Part shown: positions 59,435-64,000 of the stretch, piece after piece
How the letters are laid out: every line of letters starts with the position of its first letter
Numbering within the stretch: the first letter of the stretch is position 1
DNA from: Ranitomeya imitator
Lineage: Eukaryota
Assembly: GCF_032444005.1 (NCBI RefSeq)
Contig: NC_091283.1
Span: 24,800,001 to 24,864,000, forward strand
DNA length: 64,000 nt
Reading direction: 5' to 3'
Notes under the pieces: model-generated
What the model was told of the DNA's origin: nothing
Seen by the model: the letters and a program-made list of their open reading frames with translations, nothing else
Database searches by the model: none
Position numbers and translations under genes: made by a program

Positions 59435-62400
59435 CTTTAAAGGTCCAGTAGAAAAGCGTGGTGTCTTAAGAAAACTAGAAGGAAACCGTAAAGTAAAACA
59501 GAAAACGAATGCTTAACTCCAAATCAAATCGCAGCACACATTGTTAACACCTCAAGAACCCCTAAAGACCGAGCTCATACCACAGAAGTTATAAATAAAT
59601 TTAAGCTTCTAAAATCATCTGTGGCATCAACTGAAGAATATTCCCGTCCTTTCACAACTTGTGACATTGAAATTGCCCTTGTTGATACAAAAAGTAACAA
59701 AGCTCCTGGATTTGATGGGATTCATCCCGAATTTCTCAAAAATTGTGGGCCTTTTGCGAAAAAATGGCTGGCAAAGTTCTTCTCAGATATCATGGAGAAT
59801 GCTCAAGTCCCCAGTTAATTAAAATAGGCAAAGATCATTGATTTGTTAAAACCTGGGAAGCCTGAAGATAATCCATGCTTTATTGAGTTGCCTATATTCG
59901 CTTTTAGAACGCTTAATCTATAACAAGATCAATTTAAAGATTTTCGACTCAATACCTGTAGAGCAAGCCGGCTTTAGACGTGATCGAAACTGCGGTGAAC
60001 AAGTTTTAGCCTTGATGACTTTAATCGAAGCTGAATTTCAAAAGAACAAGAAGGTCTCAGCGGCGTTCATCGATCTTTCTGCCGCATATAACACTGTGTG
60101 GAGGGAAGGACTTCTATACAAGTTTCCGAAGGTGATTCAATGTAAGAAAATGATGTACCTCTTGAATAATATGATTGCAAATCGAACCTTTCAACTTATC
60201 ATGGGTGATTCAACCAGTTGTAAGAAAACCTTAAACAATGGTTTGGCCCCAGGATCAGTGCTGGCACCTCTCCTGTTTGCCTTGTACCTAGCTGACATTC
60301 CTGACTCAATATCACAGAAATTTGGATACGCCGATGACTGGGCACTTGCTACAGAGAGCAAAACAATGGAGGAAGCAGAGGAGGTTCTAACAGAAGATCT
60401 CAGTGTAATGGGAAAGTATTTTCGACAATGGAGGCTAAAGCCCAATCCATCAAAAACGGAAGTATGTTGCTTTCATTTCCACAACGCAAGTGCAAGACTG
60501 AACTCAAAGTACATTTTGGAAGTCAACTTGTCAAAACACAACTACAATCCCAAGTATTTAGGCGTAATCCTTGATAGAAGCCTAACCATCAAATCTCACT
60601 TGGAAAAGACAGCACAGAAACTGAAAACACGCAATAATATTATTTAGAAACTCTGCGGATCCTCCTGGGGTTCTTCAACACCTGTCTTGAGAACATCTAC
60701 CCTTGCCTTGGTGTACTCTGCTGCAGAATATTGTGCTCCAGTATGGCTGAATAGTTGTCACGTGAATGCAATCGACAATCAGCCGAACAACTCTATGTGC
60801 ATAATATCTGGTGCTATCAGACCTACGCCCGTCCACTGGTTACCTGTCTTGAGCCACATCGCACCTGCAAATCTGAGAAGACAAAAGCTCCTACTTAAAG
60901 AATACACCAAAGTAGTGAATAAGGAAAATCTCCAAATATCCAAGATGTTCTAATACAGCGACTGAAATCAAGACATCCACCCCTCCGAACCGCAATTACC
61001 CTGTATGAACAGGATTTCAATTTAGAAGAGAAATGGCGTGAACTTTGGTTCAGTGCAGTAGACGGTGAGCCTCAAACGTTTCCTCACTTTCAATATCCAC
61101 CACCAGGCTTCAATCTGATAAGGAAAACCTGGGTCACTCTGAATCGTATCAGAACAAACTTTGGTGTCGGTGCAGATCTTTTTTTTGTTCAAATAGATTT
61201 TTATTAAGAATAACGAGGCAATTAACATGTTACATTCACATTTTCAATACAAAGTTTCCCCCCCCCACCCCTTCAAACAACCCCCTTCAAACCCAAGACC
61301 CCCCGCCCCCACCCAACAAAGCAGCTCACCTTGCTAGTTACTTCCATCATTAAAACAATAGAATATCCAATCCCTCAACCGATCATATAAGCCACACTTT
61401 ACATTACTATCCCATAGCAATCCATGAAGACCACATTTTATTGAACATTTCAGTTTTCCCTCTCTTCTTATAAATCCCTTTTCCAGTGTCAGGCCGTTTC
61501 ACATACTGGAGGAACTCTCCTCTTGACGGCGGCTCTTCCCTAATCCAGTTTCGAGCTATTACCTTCCTAGCCATGTATAACAATCTGGCTATAGCTATCT
61601 TTAGGTGTTTATCCACCCCAATCTCATCCACGCATCCCAACAAACAGACAACTGGGTCCCTTGGCACCGTGCAACCATACGCACCTTCCATACGACTCAA
61701 AACTACCACCCAGAAGGCAGCCAACCTCGGACATGTCCACATCATATGGAGTATATCAGCATCTGCAGTTTTACACCTCGGACATTCAGAGTCATTACGC
61801 AATCCTGCCTTGTGTAACACCATCGGAGACTTATAAACCCTGTGTATCACATAGAGCTGTGACAGTCTATACGGTTCACTCAGCGACAGTCTTGGGACCC
61901 ATTCCAACACCGACTCCCAAGTCTCATTCTCCATTGGACCCAGATCCCTCTCCCACTTAGCTCTTGCCATTATTGGAAACCCCAATAGGAAAGTGTGCAA
62001 CAAATCTTTATACAGAGTGGATATGACCCCTCCAGTAGTCCCATCATTACACACATACTCCAGTACTATATCCCTTTGAATCCTAATACCTCCGTCCCTA
62101 CTCTGAGCTCCAAAGGCATGCCTCATCCGCAAATACTGATACTCCCCTGCAGTCCCAAGACCAAATTCCGCCTGCAATTGGGAAAATTATTTCAATTCAC
62201 CTCGCTCAATTATTTGATACACATACTGAATACCAGCCACTCTATCAGTACCCCCAGTGCCTCAAATTCCTTCAGGTTGTTGTTATGCCATAGCGGCGAG
62301 TATCTAGTCAAGTCCGTGATCCCACGTATATGCCTCAATCTACTCCACAGCTTGCGTATCAACAGCACAGTCGGATGTAACTTCCCCAGACTCTCCAAGG

Positions 62401-63150
62401 ATCCATCCTCCAAACATTGTACTACTGGCCTTCTTTTTGTCACCACTTCCATCAACCGCTGTACCGCTCCAGATGACCCTTCATGAGCCCAGCCCTTTAA
62501 ATGTTGACTCTGGGCTGCAAGAAAATACAATTCAGGGTTAGGCAATGCCAGGCCCCCATCATCCTTGGGTCGCTGAAGTGTCTCCAGTCTGATACGCGGA
62601 TGCTGTCTCCCCCATACAGAGAGTTGATCTGTCTAAATTTCCCGCGTGGTATCCAAACCGGCGCATTGTGGAGAATATACAATATTTTCGGCATCAGAAT
62701 CATTTTGATAAGATTCACCCTACCTACCACAGACAAATGCAGTTTAAGCCAAGCATCCGCTTTTGCCCTAAGGACACCTAAGATTGGAGTCAGATTTCTA
62801 TGTATATAATCAGTGACCGGCATAGATACCCATATTCCAAGGTACTTAAATTTACTCGTCACCACCAGTCGCCCATGTCTGTGCAGATCTTATACACAAG
62901 TGGGAACAATCTGACTCCTGCCTGTGACTGTGGAGCCGACCGTCAAAGAATTCAGATCATTATCGAGGAGTGTCCCCTCAGATCTTACACTGGTGACAAG
63001 TATGATTTCTACACTGGAAATGACAATGTTATTGCATACATAGAAAACCGCGATATCCAACTCGGATTTCCGTTCCTTTGTTCTTTTCAAACACTGTTTA
63101 CGGTTTGTTATTTATTCTTATATGATGTTAAAATATACGTTCATACGATT
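59435..63150 (+). mobile_element. Degenerate 5'-truncated Vingi/Ingi-like LINE (59435-61180 and 62876-63150), split by an L1
   Basis: KAPGFDGI, QAGFRRDRNCGEQVLAL, FIDLSAAYNTVW, GSVLAPLLF, YADDWALA, LALVYSAAEYCAPVW, WLPVLSHIAP; C-terminal CDCG...EECP; 3' CATACGATTAAAAA. Confidence 0.8.
61181..62875 (-). mobile_element. 5'-truncated L1/Tx1-like LINE
   Basis: T-rich tail at 61181. ORF pieces FKYLGIW, GRVNLIKMILMPK, CPRCKTADADILHMMWTCP. 16-bp TSD TGTC[G/T]GTGCAGATCTT (61165-61180, 62876-62891) with one mismatch. Confidence 0.9.
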
Positions 63151-63631
63151 AAAAACCTTACGCCTAATCCACTGAAGCCCATGTCCCCTGTAAAAATAAA
63201 AACACCAAAGTAATAAACAACCATTTCCCTGCATGTCCTATGTGAAGATAATCCAATTGTCCCTTGACGAGTCTAGCACTATAACATCTACAGGCTGAAC
63301 AGTGGCATGGTGCGAGCGTTCAGTCTGCCATCCAGCAGAGACACCGAGATGTGCGTGATGGCACATTCACCTCACTGACGTCACCGCTAGCGTGAGAAAG
63401 TTCTCACATGGATACATTATCTTCACGTCAGTCAGGCAAGGCATTTGGTTATTATTTTTGCTTTTTCACTGGGGACATGGGCATCGGAGGATTATCTTCA
63501 CGTCGGACAGGTGAGAGATATGGTTATTTATTATTTGTTTGTTTGTTTGTTTTTTTTACAGAGGACATGGGCTTCAATGGATTATAGGCGTGAGTATAAC
63601 TTTGTTTTTTATTTTTAATTAAATGTGTTAA

Positions 63632-64000
63632 CCCCTTTCTGCCAGCTGACGGAATAGTACGTCAGCTGGCAGATCCCCTGCTTTGAGGTGGGCTCCGGCG
63701 GTGAGCCCACCTCAAAGCCGCGACATGTCAGCTGTTTTGTACAGCTGACATGTGCGCGCAATGAGCGCGAGCGGAATCGCGATCCGCCCGCGCCCATTAA
63801 CTAGTTAAATGCCGCCGTCAAGCGCTGACAGCGGCATTTAACTAGCGCTCCCACTGCTGACCCCCGGTTTTTTTTGTGGTGTCAAATAAAATTGGTATAC
63901 TTTTGGTAATTATTTTTTGCGTTGTGTGGTGATCCTACAATTATGTGCATGTACCTGTTTTCTTCTCTATGGTGCCCACTGCTGACCCCCGTCACATGAT
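63632..64000. mobile_element. Left end of a piggyBac-like non-autonomous element
   Basis: TTAA|CCCCTTTCTGCCAGCTGACG...CGTCAGCTGGCAG terminal hairpin; right end not seen in the window. Confidence 0.6.

Noticed and set aside
57900-63630. Harbinger nuclease or TIRs enclosing the MADF gene
   Set aside because: Only non-coding MITE-like sequence and LINE insertions were found; no DDE_Tnp_4-like ORF or matching TIR pair.

Overview
Eukaryotic vertebrate genomic DNA, most likely an anuran. That assignment is inferred from the TTAA/T2-type MITEs, L2/CR1/Tc1 content and frog-type zinc-finger genes. The window is dominated by transposons and minisatellites. Host genes: (1) a 4-exon short peptidoglycan-recognition protein gene (pglyrp1-like, +, 8852-12915) that is intact except for an in-frame TGA at codon 12; (2) an 8-finger C2H2 ZNF (-, 18614-19396) with a disrupted N-terminal region; (3) an intact KRAB-A/B + 25-finger ZNF (-, 33092-36373); (4) an intact 3-exon, 327-aa MADF + BESS-like gene (-, 50219-57844), probably Harbinger-derived, with no transposase partner in view. 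The most striking element is a 6-kb palindromic Penelope-like (Neptune-type) insertion: two apparently identical 2721-bp divergent arms and a 14-bp TSD, nested in an L1 that is nested in a Tc1. A 248-bp insertion at 56402-56649 has the same inverted architecture and the same TSD length. Also present: an L2 with an intact EN-RT ORF and a 2A-like motif, a near-intact DD34E Tc1, a Vingi/Ingi-like LINE, a Helitron-like element, many MITEs and about ten separate minisatellite arrays. All calls were made by eye from the sequence and the ORF track; no database searches were run.
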